This document shows, piece by piece, positions 1 to 9,282 of a stretch of DNA of 64,000 nucleotides. Source of the stretch: Clostridiales bacterium (GTDB lineage: Bacteria; Bacillota; Clostridia; Christensenellales; CAG-138); contig WREI01000005.1 in the NCBI GenBank assembly GCA_009779405.1, forward strand, positions 2,166 through 66,165, in the 5' to 3' direction. Made by a program: the position numbers and the translations under genes. The number at the start of each line of letters is the position of its first letter. The stretch's first letter is position 1. The notes under the pieces were generated by a model. The model made no database searches and was not told the DNA's origin. It saw only the letters and a list, made by a program, of their open reading frames with translations.

Positions 1-128
1 GGGGTTCTGCGCTCCCACACCTTTTTCCCGTAGGTCTGCGAAACGTCGAACACGCGCTTCGCATCATAGTTCCTGCCCTTTGTGCCGTCGTCCCGCTCGT
101 ATTCACCGTTCGCCAGCAAGTCAGTCAT
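1..128 (-). CDS. hypothetical protein, N-terminal part (gene continues past left edge)
   Basis: ATG at 128 (minus) after GGATGG; open frame MTDLLANGEYERDDGTKGRNYDAKRVFDVSQTYGKK to the window edge; no family recognised. Confidence 0.4.
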   Translation of the reverse strand, partial: MTDLLANGEYERDDGTKGRNYDAKRVFDVSQTYGKKVWERRT

Positions 129-200
129 TTGCGTTTTCACCATCCTGAGATTATACACACGTCATTTCAGAGCGTCCAAGGTGCGGAGCAGGTTGAGCTG

Positions 201-431
201 CTATTCTTCTTTCTCTTCCTCGTAATCGTATTTCAATTCATCAAAATCCGATAGGAATTCGTAGAAATGGGTTTCGTGCAGAGTAGCATCGCCGGAGTGT
301 AGAATTGCGTCAATGACTTCGGGCATCTCAATATGCGCAGCGATATACAGCATACGCAATGCGCCTGTAATGGCCTCATACTTACCTTGCTCATGGAGTT
401 CCCACAAGCAGGAGGTGATGGCTTCCATCAT
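201..431 (-). CDS. hypothetical small acidic protein (76 aa)
   Basis: ORF track; ATGA start/stop overlap with the upstream 43-aa ORF; Asp/Glu-rich C-terminus; no family recognised. Confidence 0.55.
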   Translation of the reverse strand: MMEAITSCLWELHEQGKYEAITGALRMLYIAAHIEMPEVIDAILHSGDATLHETHFYEFLSDFDELKYDYEEEKEE

Positions 432-559
432 TTCCGTGCTATATCCCTCAGTGCGTCTACAAGCGCACTTGTGAAGGTGCCAGAAACGGCGTTAATCAGG
501 TTCGGGCTGAGTTCATCCTCGTGGATTCTGGTCTGGTTTTTTGTTTCGTTGATGTTCAT
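428..559 (-). CDS. hypothetical 43-aa protein
   Basis: Hand translation MNINETKNQTRIHEDELSPNLINAVSGTFTSALVDALRDIARK; GGAGACC RBS upstream; translationally coupled to 201-431; below the ORF-track size cutoff. Confidence 0.45.
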   Translation of the reverse strand: MNINETKNQTRIHEDELSPNLINAVSGTFTSALVDALRDIARK

Positions 560-593
560 TTTTGGTCTCCTTTTTCTTAAATGATTTTCTTGT

Positions 594-742
594 TTATCAA
601 GCAATATCGCTTGTTGATAATGATATTGTAGTAAAAATGTAGTAAATACTCCGCAACGGCAATTTTGGGGGATTTCAATCGCTGTATAAAAACATCTTTA
701 TGCAATGGCGATTGTAGTAAATCGGGTTCAAATTGTAGTAAA
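594..742. promoter_or_regulatory. AT-rich control region with inverted repeat TTATCAA-N13-TTGATAA (594-620) and four direct TGTAGTAAA repeats (627-635, 638-646, 713-721, 734-742)
   Basis: Repeats read directly; lies between the leftward small genes and the tRNA; a related ATTGTAGCA occurs at 888-896. Confidence 0.5.
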
Positions 743-765
743 GATTTTTGCCCTTTTGAAAGACG

Positions 766-797
766 AAAGCTCCGAAAGTGCCTATTTTCGGAGCTTT
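766..797. terminator. 12-bp stem hairpin (AAAGCTCCGAAA / TTTCGGAGCTTT) abutting the tRNA-Arg 3' end, T-run on the plus strand
   Basis: Perfect inverted repeat 766-777/786-797, then TTTTTT on plus; weaker CTTTC tail on minus. Confidence 0.6.
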
Positions 798-799
798 TT

Positions 800-876
800 T
801 GGCGTGCCTGAAAGGATTCGAACCTTCGACCCTCAGAGTCGGAGTCTGATACTCTATCCAGCTGAGCTACAGGCAC
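800..876 (-). tRNA. tRNA-Arg (anticodon CCG)
   Basis: Minus strand GTGCCTGTAGCTCAGCTGGATAGAGTATCAGACTCCGACTCTGAGGGTCGAAGGTTCGAATCCTTTCAGGCACGCCA folds as a cloverleaf; anticodon loop CTCCGAC; encoded CCA. Confidence 0.9.
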
Positions 877-1036
877 ATTGCTTGTGGATTGTAGCACAGC
901 TTTGGCATCTTTGCAACAGATACCATAAAGTGTTCTGTTGCGCAATATATTACCTGCGAAAAAGTGAAATTATAAGAATTCCCGCAAAAATGGCGTGGTA
1001 AGATTGGGTTGCAATCAAGAGAGCGGGGGAGCCGGT

Positions 1037-1420
1037 ATGAACACAACGGAGCTGCAAACAAGAGTGGAGACCTATTTCGCGCAATGCGACGCGACGCGGC
1101 GCGATGTCACCAAGAAGGACGGGACTGTATCCGTATGGCAGCTGCCCTATACGTTCTACGGGCTCTGCGCGGCGTTAGGCGAGAGCGCGGCGCGCCTGCT
1201 GGCGCAGTCGCAGGGACGGGGGGCAGGGGCGCGCATCCTGCGCTGCGCGCTGCACCGCATCGCGGCGCACTTGGCGGAGCGGGCTCTTTTGGGTGATTTC
1301 CCGCACCAAATGGTGCTGCCCCTATTGCGGGAGACGGGCTTTTTGCCTGAGAGCGCGGAGGAGGGCGAGCGGGTTTGGGAGGTGCGGATGGACGCGAGGG
1401 CGGAGGAGTTGGGGAGATGA
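1037..1420 (+). CDS. phage terminase small subunit
   Basis: MNTTELQTRVETYFAQCD...PYTFYGLCAALG resembles the terS N-terminal HTH region; directly upstream of terL; GGAGCC RBS. Confidence 0.7.
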   Translation: MNTTELQTRVETYFAQCDATRRDVTKKDGTVSVWQLPYTFYGLCAALGESAARLLAQSQGRGAGARILRCALHRIAAHLAERALLGDFPHQMVLPLLRETGFLPESAEEGERVWEVRMDARAEELGR

Positions 1421-1517
1421 GAGGAAAGAGGAGAGAGAAAAGAGGAAAGATAGAGCGGGCGGAGAACATAGGAAAAACATTATCTTTCCTCTTTTCTCTT
1501 TCCACTTTCCTCTTCTC
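1419..1517 (+). repeat. composite palindromic element, family B (GGAAAGW words), core forward
   Basis: L arm 1419-1450, core GATAGAGCGGGCGGAGAACATAGG.. 1451-1482, R arm 1483-1517; sits between terS stop and terL RBS. Confidence 0.85.
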
Positions 1518-1535
1518 AGAAAGGAGACCCCGCCC

Positions 1536-2852
1536 ATGCCAAAGACCCTAACCCTCCACGGCACCCCCAACCCCCGCCAGGCGGAGTTCTTCGCAGCGCA
1601 ATCGGCGCATATCGCCTATGGCGGCGCGCGGGGCGGCGGCAAGAGTTGGGCCATGCGCCGCAAGTTTGTGCTGCTGGCCTGCCGCTATGCGGGCTTGCAG
1701 ATTCTGCTCCTGCGGCGCACCCTGCCCGAACTGACGGAGAACCATGTGCGGCCCTTGCTAGCGGAGCTGTATGGCTTCGCGACCTTCCGCCAGACGGCGC
1801 GCGAGTTCCTCTTCCCCAACGGCAGCCGCATCAAGTTGGGCTATTGCGACCGGGAGGCGGATGTGTATCAGTACCAGGGGCAGGAGTATGACGTGGTGGG
1901 TCTGGAGGAGGCCACCCACTCCACCGAGAGCCAGATGCAGTTTCTCACGACCTGCAACCGCGGCACGCGTTCGGATTTCTCCCCCCGCATGTACTACACC
2001 TGCAACCCCGGCGGCGCGGGCCACGCGTGGGTGAAGCGGCTCTTTGTGGAGCGCAGTTACCGCGAGGGCGAAATCGCGGCGGACTATGCGTTCATCCCCG
2101 CAAAGGTGACCGACAACCCCATGCTGATGCGCAATAACCCCGACTATGTGCGCAAATTAGCGGCACTGCCCGAGCCCCTGCGCCGCGCCCACCTCCACGG
2201 CGACTGGGATGTGCTGGCGGGACAGTATTTCCCCGAATTCCTGCGTGAGCGGCACGCCGTCCCGCCCTTCGCGATCCCCGCCTGGTGGAAACGCTTCCGC
2301 GCCATGGACTGGGGCTACAACGACCCCTGCTGTGTACTCTGGTTCGCGCTGTCGCCCGAGGGCATCATCTGCGTGTACAGGGAGCTATATCTCACCAAAA
2401 CCCTGTCTGCAGAAGTGGCAAGGCAAGCGGTGGCGCTATCGGCAGACGAACGGATTGCCTACACCGTCGCCTCGCCCGACGCCTGGCAGCAGCGCGGGCT
2501 ATCCGCCGAGGGGCGCAGCATCGCGGAGGTCTTCGCGAAAAACGGTATGCCCCTGCTGCCTGCGGACAGCGCGCGGGTGGTGGGCTGGCAGAGGGTAAGG
2601 GAGTGTTTGGCATCCGGCCTTCTCATCTTCACCAGCTGCCCCAACCTTCTCCGCACCCTCCCGCTGCTGACCTTTGACCCGCGCGACTGCGAGGATGTGG
2701 CGGACAATTGCGAGGATCACGCCGCCGAAGCCCTGCGGTATGGGCTGATGAGCAGACCCTCCCGAAGCGTGGAGGTCGCGCCGCCCGCCACGAGAACGTA
2801 TAACCCGTTTGCGACGGGGCGGACGGCGGGGAGTGGGTTTGTCGAGTTGTGA
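1536..2852 (+). CDS. phage terminase large subunit
   Basis: MPKTLTLHGTPNPRQAEFF..AYGGARGGGKSW (Walker A) ..VVGLEEA (Walker B-like); AAGGAG RBS; start 81 codons inside ORF 1293-2852. Confidence 0.9.
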   Translation: MPKTLTLHGTPNPRQAEFFAAQSAHIAYGGARGGGKSWAMRRKFVLLACRYAGLQILLLRRTLPELTENHVRPLLAELYGFATFRQTAREFLFPNGSRIKLGYCDREADVYQYQGQEYDVVGLEEATHSTESQMQFLTTCNRGTRSDFSPRMYYTCNPGGAGHAWVKRLFVERSYREGEIAADYAFIPAKVTDNPMLMRNNPDYVRKLAALPEPLRRAHLHGDWDVLAGQYFPEFLRERHAVPPFAIPAWWKRFRAMDWGYNDPCCVLWFALSPEGIICVYRELYLTKTLSAEVARQAVALSADERIAYTVASPDAWQQRGLSAEGRSIAEVFAKNGMPLLPADSARVVGWQRVRECLASGLLIFTSCPNLLRTLPLLTFDPRDCEDVADNCEDHAAEALRYGLMSRPSRSVEVAPPATRTYNPFATGRTAGSGFVEL

Positions 2853-2950
2853 GTGAATAGTTAAGAGTTAAGAGTTGTTGAAGAAATGCCTGCGGCATTT
2901 CGGACCAACAAATAGCTTCTACCTTCACTCTTAACTATTCACTCTTAACT
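2853..2950. repeat. composite palindromic element, family A (GTGAAKAGT/TAAGAGT words)
   Basis: L arm from 2853 right after the terL TGA; inner hairpin GAAATGCCTGCGGCATTTC 2883-2901; R arm 2916-2950. Confidence 0.85.
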
Positions 2951-2969
2951 AAACAAAAAGGAGTTTCCC

Positions 2970-4551
2970 ATGAAAAAAGAACCCCAATCAACCCTCTGGA
3001 CCACCGCCTTCGCCCTCTTCACCGAGTTCAAGAACGCCTATGCCGGGGAGTGGCGGCGCTTGGACGCTTGCGAGCGCATGTATCGCGGTGAGCATTGGAA
3101 CGACGTGCCGATGCAGGACGCGAACGAGCCGCGGCCCGTGACGCCCATCTTGCAGTCCAGCATCGAGACCCTGGCCGCCGATCTGCTGGATCGCGTGCCT
3201 GCCGCCGTCATTACGCCCGAGCGCGGCGCGGACGAGCGCGTGGCCCGCATCGTGGATGCCGTGATCGCCCGCAACCACGACAGCGCGGGCTATGCGCTGC
3301 AATACCGCCTGTTGGTGCACGACCTCCTCGTTGGCGGTTGGTGCGCGCAGGAGGTGGGCTATGACCCCGCGCTGAACCAGCATCTGGGCGGCGCGTATAT
3401 ACGCCGCTGCGACCCCAAGAGCATACTCTTCGACCCCCTCTGCACCGATTTGCAGGAGAGCCGGGCCGTGTTCAAGATCGCCGAGAAGAGCCGCGCCTGG
3501 ATGGCACAGCACTATCCCGACGACGCGCCCTATCTTTGCGATATTCCGCTGCTCGGCAAAGACGCGGGGCGGGACGGCGCGCTGCTGCCCGACCGTTCGG
3601 ATACGCTTTTGTTGCTGGAATACTGGTGGCGGGAATACGACGCCGACACGAGAAGCTATGCCGTGCATATGGCCCAGCTATGCGGCGGCCGCGTACTGAA
3701 AGACAGCCGCGATACCAAGCCCGAGGGCTATTTTGCGCACGGACTCTATCCCTTTGTCACTGCCGCGCTGTACCCGCGCAGTGGCACCTGTCTCGGGCAC
3801 GGGCTCTGCGACCTCTATGCCGGGGCGCAGAAATACGCGGACAAGCTGGATCAGATCGTGATGAAAAACGCGCTGATGGCGAGCCGCAACAAGCTACTCG
3901 TGACCGAAGCCTCGGGCTTTGACACGGACGACCTGAAAGATTGGACGAAGGAAGTCCACCGCGGCGAAAGCCTGGCCGGGATATCGTGGTTCGCCACGCC
4001 GCCCCTGCCCGCGTATATCCTCTCCTACATCCGCGAAACGCGGGAGAATATCAAGAACGAGAGCGGCGCGGGGCAACTATTCCAGCAATGTGACGGCGGC
4101 CAGCGCCATCACCGCGCTCCAGGAGGCGGCCACCAAGCGGAGCCGTATGGCGAGCATGCAGCTCTACGAGGCCTTCTCGCAGGCCGTGCGTATGGAGATC
4201 GAGGTGGAACGCGAGTTCAATTTCTTCGCGCGGCCCGTAACGCTCACCACGGACGGGCGGCGCGAGGAGGTGCATTTCGATACCGCGCTGCTGCAACGCG
4301 AGGGCTATGGCGGCGTCACCCTGCCCGTCGAGTTCTTTATTTCCGTCAAGACGGAGCGGCAGAACCGCTTCGCCGCCGCAGCCCAAAATGAGCTGATCTT
4401 ACAGCTGGTGCAATTGGGGCCTTTGCAGGCGGCGGAAGCGGTCGAGCTGCTGCACTTTGAGGGGAAGGAGCAGGTGCTGGCGAAGATGCGAGAGCGTGGC
4501 ACAGAGGAAGCCGTCCCTGTCGCCCGGAAGGGGCGGCGGGGAGCCGGATAG
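2970..4551 (+). pseudogene. phage portal protein interrupted by a frameshift near 4069-4072
   Basis: Frame 1 (2970-~4070) turns into Arg/Gly-rich nonsense; frame 2 continues ..GNYSSNVTAASAITALQEAATKRSRM (portal-like motif) to 4551; switch at the run GCGGGGC. Confidence 0.8.
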
Positions 4552-4651
4552 TGAATAGTTAAAAGTTGTGGTTAAAATTCCTGCGGAATTTTGATTCAAT
4601 CAGGAATCGCTTGCGATTCCTGCCATAACTCTTCACTTTTCACTTTTAACT
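4551..4651. repeat. composite palindromic element, family A
   Basis: L arm GTGAATAGTTAAAAGTTGTGG overlaps the portal TAG; inner hairpins 4574-4592 and 4602-4621; R arm CCATAACTCTTCACTTTTCACTTTTAACT to 4651. Confidence 0.85.
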
Positions 4652-4686
4652 CACCAAACACAATCCAAACCCGAAAGGAGAACCAG

Positions 4687-5085
4687 ATGTTATTCAAAAA
4701 GAACTCCCCGCCGCCGGAAGCGACGGAAGAAAACCCCTTTGCCGAGCTGGCGGTCGAGCTGGCGCAGATGGCTGAAGAGGGCAGTTTGCCCGAGGGCTTC
4801 GATTTGGAAGCCGCCTGTCAGGATCCGGCCTTTGCGGCGCTTTTGGGCGAGTTGGAGCCGTATGCGGCCATCCGCATCTATGCGGCTGAAGCGCGCGCGG
4901 CTGCCGCCGAGGAGAACGCCATGCAGACGCTCTCAGCCCGCCAGCAGGCGCGGGCCTCCCTGCCTCTGCCCGCGCGCGGCGGCAGCGGCACAACCGCCAC
5001 GCCCGATTATGCCGCGATGTCCCCCGCCGCTTTCCGCGCCCTCGAAGCGCAGCTCCGCGCCGCGCAGAGGCGGGGAAGGAAATAG
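4687..5085 (+). CDS. phage scaffolding-like protein
   Basis: Acidic, Ala-rich 132-aa protein between portal and capsid genes; AAGGAG RBS; function inferred from position only. Confidence 0.5.
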   Translation: MLFKKNSPPPEATEENPFAELAVELAQMAEEGSLPEGFDLEAACQDPAFAALLGELEPYAAIRIYAAEARAAAAEENAMQTLSARQQARASLPLPARGGSGTTATPDYAAMSPAAFRALEAQLRAAQRRGRK

Positions 5086-5169
5086 GCAGTAGGCAGTAGT
5101 GCCTGCAAACAAACTTTAATTAGAATTGTTTGCGACAATTCTTACCATGCCTACTGCCCACTGCCTATT
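5083..5169. repeat. composite palindromic element, singleton word GGCAGTA
   Basis: L arm TAGGCAGTAGGCAGTAG 5083-5099 (includes the stop); inner hairpin AGAATTGTTTGCGACAATTCT 5122-5142 followed by TACC; R arm CTACTGCCCACTGCCTATT 5151-5169. Confidence 0.8.
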
Positions 5170-5207
5170 GTCTCGTATACCAACAAAATTCGAAAGGAAT
5201 CAAACCA

Positions 5208-6431
5208 ATGAACACCACCACCAACGAATCCGCTTTTTTCAACAAGCAGTTCTATGACAAGAAGCTCCTGGAGACCGCCAAGACGCGCTTGGTGCACGCC
5301 AACTTCGGGCAGAAGCGCAACATCCCTCGCCACAACGGCAAGAGCGTGGAGTTCCGCCGCTATGAGCTCTTTACCCCCGACGCCAACGCACTGACCTTGC
5401 AGGAGGGGGTGACCCCCGCCGGGCAGAGCCTCGCGCAGTCCAAATTGGAGACGGAGGTCAAGCAGTACGGCGCCTATGTCGAGGTCTCCGACCTCTTGGA
5501 TATGACGGGCTATGACGAGGTGATCGCCGACAGCGCCGAGCTTCTGGGCGAACAGCTGGGCTGCGTCATCGAGCAGGTAACCCGCGACGAGATGGCGGCG
5601 ACGACCAACCTCCAATACGCGGGCGAGGGCCACAGCGACCGCTACGAGCTCAGCGCCGCGGATGTACTGACGACGGAGGAGATCCGCAAGGCCGTGCGCA
5701 CCCTGAAGCGCAACAAGGCGCGCCCCTTTATGAGCACGCCCGAGGGCGCGCCCCGCAAGCCGCACTTCGTCTGCATCTGTTCACCCGAAGCGACCTATGA
5801 CTTGCAGAACGACCCGCTCTGGCGCGACGTCAGCAAATACAGCAACGCGGAACAGATCTATTCCGGCGAAATCGGCCAGCTCTTCGGCGTCGTGTTCGTG
5901 GAGAGCACCGAGAGCAAGGTATACGCGCAGACCGTCTATACGCAGGCAGTGGAAAAGCTCTCCGCGGGCGACACGGGGCTGATCTTGCCCGCGCCCGCAA
6001 CGGCGGAGCAGGAGCTGTTCTATAAGACAGCGGGAACCCGTCTCGGCATCAGAGAGAGCGCCAAGCAACTCACCACGGCCGGGAGCGCCGCCGCGCTGCC
6101 GAACGGCAACTGGGAGGTGCAGGTGGACGCCATGATGGGTTTGGATATCCTGCAGGGCTGGACCGTCTATTCCTACGACGCGGGCGCGGTGAATGCCGTT
6201 GGCGTGGGTGCGGATGTGCACGCCGCGCTGGTCTTCGGCGCGGATGCCTATGGCATCGTGGACGTGGACGGCAGCGGCACCATGGAGACCATCATCAAGC
6301 CCTGTGGCAGCTCCGGCTCCCTCGACCCCCTGAACCAGCGCGCAACCGTAGGCGCGAAAGTTGCTGCCTACGCCGTGAAAATCTTGAATCCCCTGTGGCT
6401 TGTCAAGATTGAGCATACGGTGAGCGGTTAG
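5208..6431 (+). CDS. phage major capsid protein (N4-gp56-like family)
   Basis: N-terminus FYDKKLLETAKTRLVHANFGQKRNIPRHNGKSVEFRRY matches my recollection of N4-gp56-type capsid proteins; position after the scaffold-like gene; AAAGGA RBS. Confidence 0.75.
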   Translation: MNTTTNESAFFNKQFYDKKLLETAKTRLVHANFGQKRNIPRHNGKSVEFRRYELFTPDANALTLQEGVTPAGQSLAQSKLETEVKQYGAYVEVSDLLDMTGYDEVIADSAELLGEQLGCVIEQVTRDEMAATTNLQYAGEGHSDRYELSAADVLTTEEIRKAVRTLKRNKARPFMSTPEGAPRKPHFVCICSPEATYDLQNDPLWRDVSKYSNAEQIYSGEIGQLFGVVFVESTESKVYAQTVYTQAVEKLSAGDTGLILPAPATAEQELFYKTAGTRLGIRESAKQLTTAGSAAALPNGNWEVQVDAMMGLDILQGWTVYSYDAGAVNAVGVGADVHAALVFGADAYGIVDVDGSGTMETIIKPCGSSGSLDPLNQRATVGAKVAAYAVKILNPLWLVKIEHTVSG

Positions 6432-6551
6432 TAAATGAGTTAAGAGTTAAGAGTGAATAGTTAAGAGTTGCGGTAAGAACCGCAAGCGGTTCTTAATCTT
6501 ATGAAATGCCATGGGCATTTCGACAATAACTCTTCACTATTCACTCTTAAC
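6431..6551. repeat. composite palindromic element, family A
   Basis: L arm 6431-6473; inner hairpins AAGAACCGCAAGCGGTTCTT 6475-6494 and GAAATGCCATGGGCATTTC 6503-6521; R arm 6523-6551. Confidence 0.85.
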
Positions 6552-6587
6552 CGCGAACACAACGAACAACGACGAAAGGAATAAGCC

Positions 6588-6815
6588 ATGAATACCAACG
6601 AAACCATCACCCTCTACCTCCCCGCCGACGCGGGGGCCTATGTCGAGGGTTGCCTGAACGGCAAGAATTTCCGTGTGAAGACCGGCGAGTTTGTGGAAGT
6701 GCCCTCCTATATCGCCAAAATTCTGACCGCCAGTGGGCGCGCCCGTGCCGTGTCCGCGAAAACAGCCGCCGCCTTTGCCGCGCCGGGCGGGAAGGGTATG
6801 GGGTTACTGCCGTGA
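6588..6815 (+). CDS. hypothetical small head-module protein (75 aa)
   Basis: ORF track; AAAGGA RBS; GTGA overlap with the next gene. Confidence 0.6.
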   Translation: MNTNETITLYLPADAGAYVEGCLNGKNFRVKTGEFVEVPSYIAKILTASGRARAVSAKTAAAFAAPGGKGMGLLP

Positions 6816-7354
6816 CACTGCAAGAATTGATTGCGGGCGTACTGCAAGAATTGCATCGCGCCTCGGATACGGCGACCGTCGCCGAGTGGCGACCGCGCCT
6901 GACCGTGTATATCAACGAAGCGCTCACCGATGTCACGGTCGCCCTGCGCCCCTGGCGGCGCGAAGCCGTGCAGATCGTGGACGGGCGCGTCGATACCACC
7001 GTCCTCTCCCGCAAATGCGCGAAGGCATTAGAACTGCGCATAGGCGGCCAGCGCAGGCCCTTCTATTATGGCGGGGAGGAGAGCAGTCTCTGCGTGCCGG
7101 GTACAAAGGACGCGACGGCCGAGCTCTGCTACCGCTATACCCCGCCCCCGCTGGCGGAATTGACGGACGTCCCCGACCTGCCCGCCGAGTGCCACGCCTT
7201 GCTGATCACCTACGCCGCCGCGCGCGAGCGCATGCAGATGGACGGCGTCTCCCAAAACGCCGCTTCCATAGGCTTCTCCCTCTACGAAACGCAGAGACGC
7301 AGAGCGAGAGCGGGGAGTGGGGAGGCGATTGGGTATTCTATTTTTAATAGCTGA
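6812..7354 (+). CDS. hypothetical phage protein (possible head-tail adaptor)
   Basis: GTG start overlapping the upstream stop; VTLQELIAGVLQELHRASD..; role inferred from position only. Confidence 0.5.
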   Translation: MTLQELIAGVLQELHRASDTATVAEWRPRLTVYINEALTDVTVALRPWRREAVQIVDGRVDTTVLSRKCAKALELRIGGQRRPFYYGGEESSLCVPGTKDATAELCYRYTPPPLAELTDVPDLPAECHALLITYAAARERMQMDGVSQNAASIGFSLYETQRRRARAGSGEAIGYSIFNS

Positions 7355-7450
7355 AAGAGGAAAGTGGAAAGAGTAAAGATAGAGTAAGCGGAGTATATGA
7401 ACATAAAATTTAACCGTCACTTTCCTCTTTCCACTTTCAACTTTCCTCTT
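7353..7450 (+). repeat. composite palindromic element, family B, core forward
   Basis: L arm GAAAGAGGAAAGTGGAAAGAGTAAA; core GATAGAGTAAGCGGAGTATATGAACATAAAATTTAACC; R arm 7418-7450. Confidence 0.85.
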
Positions 7451-7476
7451 ATCACACAAGGAGGTACGAACCCCAT

Positions 7477-8915
7477 ATGTCCCTACAAACCCTACGCTAC
7501 ACCCACTTCACGGGCATCCTGCAGTCCGCGCCGGAGAGCATGCTGCCCCTGCACGCGAGCCCCTTGGCCTATAACATCGATACGGAGCGGGGCTGGCTGC
7601 GGACGGCCAGCGGCTATGTTGCCGTTGTGCCGGCCATTCCCTCCGGGCAGCTGCCCCTGCGCCTGTTCCGCTGGCAAAAGACGGACGGAAGCGCGAACTG
7701 GCTTGTCTGCACGTCGACGAATATACTGGTCTATCACGTGGGTACGGGCGCTTGGCAGAGCGTATATAATTTCCCGCAGGCCTTGTATTTGCCCGGCCAA
7801 ATCAGCTTCCTCCGCTTGAAGATAGGCAGTGCGGAAAAGCTCCTGATCGCCAATCCCCACGGGCAGATGCAGCTTTGGGATGGGCAGAGCACAGCCGTCA
7901 CTCCGTTTGGCTCTGCCGTGCAGCTCTCCGATATGCCCCAAAACTACGCCGCGCTCTATTTCGGGCGCCTGTTCTGCGCGGGCGATCCGGCCCATCCCGC
8001 GCGTCTGTATTGGTCGCAGGTGCCGGGCGGCACGCGAAGCGTGGAGGACTGGCGGGCGGACGGCGCCAGCCCCGACGCGGGCGGCGGACACAACGAGATA
8101 GGCGGGGACGCAGAGCCGATCACGGGCCTGTTTGCGCTTTCCAACCAGTTGGTCATCCTCAAAAACGAGAAGGTATACCGTCTCGTAGGCGACAGGCCGA
8201 GCAACTATCGCGTCATCCTCGGGATACGGGCCTGCCCCTCGTACCCCATACCGCCTGTGCCGCCATGGGCGACCGACTCTTTTTTCTGGCCCGCTCGGGA
8301 CTCTATTGTTACGACGGGCAGGGTCTCACCCGCCCCATGCACGCGGACGCACTGGTGTATTCCCTCGGCGTCAGCCGCTTTGACAAGTGTGTCGCGGCGA
8401 GTTGCGCGGGCAAACTCTGGTTCGCCGTGCAGCAGGAAGAGTACGGGTTTAACGAGGTCTCCTACGTGTATGACACGCGGCGGGCCTCGTGGATGGAACG
8501 GCAGGGCTATGGTTGCGCGGACTATGTGAGCGCGGACGGCCAGCTCTATATGCTCACCTATAACGGGCATATCGTGCGTTTTGATGAGGGCGCGGCGACC
8601 TATGAAGGCGCGCCGATCGAAGCCCTGTGGTGCACGCCCCGCACGGACGCCGGCGGCAAATTTTCGGAAAAGCAGCTATTGTCCCTCTTCTGCCGCGTAT
8701 GGCTGGGTGGCCTGCGCGTGCAGGTGGTCACGGACAGGGAAAACTGTATCCGCAATTTCACGCCGAAGAACCCGAACGACCCCGAGGACGCGGAAATCTC
8801 GCTCACAGGCAGCGGGCGCGGATTTTCCCTGCGCTTCATGAACCCCGGCGGCACCCGCTTCTGTCTCCTCGACGGCGCGGAGCTGTTGGTGGATGTGCAG
8901 CGGAGACCGCTGTGA
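7477..8915 (+). pseudogene. phage structural protein (about 480 aa if repaired) with a frameshift near 8215-8225
   Basis: Frame of 7477 is plausible to ..YRLVGDRPSNYRVIL; a second frame is plausible from RDTGLPLVPHTACAAMGDRLFFLARSGLYCYDG to 8915; each frame is low-complexity nonsense beyond the junction. Confidence 0.65.
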
Positions 8916-9028
8916 AAGTGGAAAGAGGAAAGAGGAAAGGGGAAAGGGGAAAGTTAGAGTGAGCGGAGTATATGGACATAAAATTTCTAACCATCAAGTT
9001 CCTCTTTCAACTTTCCACTCTTAATTTC
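8914..9028 (+). repeat. composite palindromic element, family B, core forward
   Basis: L arm GAAAGTGGAAAGAGGAAAGAGGAAAGGGGAAAGGGGAAA; core GTTAGAGTGAGCGGAGTATATGGACATAAAATTTCTAACC; R arm 8995-9028. Confidence 0.85.
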
Positions 9029-9047
9029 TATGTAAAGGAGTACAACC

Positions 9048-9236
9048 ATGCCCTACACCCCTACCGGACTGCAAGCCCTATTCCCCGTCTATTTGGAGCG
9101 CGACAAGGGCGAAGGAACCCTGCGCGACAGCGTGAACGGGCGCATTGCGCAGAACGAGAACAATATCAACCAGAATTTTGAGACCCTGTTCTATAAAATT
9201 CTGGAATTGGAATCCGCCTTGGCGGTGAACACGTAA
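9048..9236 (+). CDS. hypothetical small phage protein (62 aa)
   Basis: ORF track; AAAGGAG RBS at 9034-9040. Confidence 0.55.
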   Translation: MPYTPTGLQALFPVYLERDKGEGTLRDSVNGRIAQNENNINQNFETLFYKILELESALAVNT

Positions 9237-9238
9237 AT

Positions 9239-9262
9239 GTAGGGGCGAGACATGTCTCGCTC
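9239..9262 (+). repeat. stand-alone REP-like unit: GTAGGGGCG plus palindrome GCGAGACATGTCTCGC
   Basis: Read directly; shares the GTAGGGGCG head with units at 21499, 22791 and 24290. Confidence 0.6.
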
Positions 9263-9282
9263 GCGAAAGGAGAATTACACAA

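Noticed and set aside
705-1001. ORF 705-1001 plus and ORF 577-945 minus across the tRNA region.
   Set aside because: Both read straight through the tRNA-Arg gene and the terminator hairpin and lie in AT-rich non-coding sequence.
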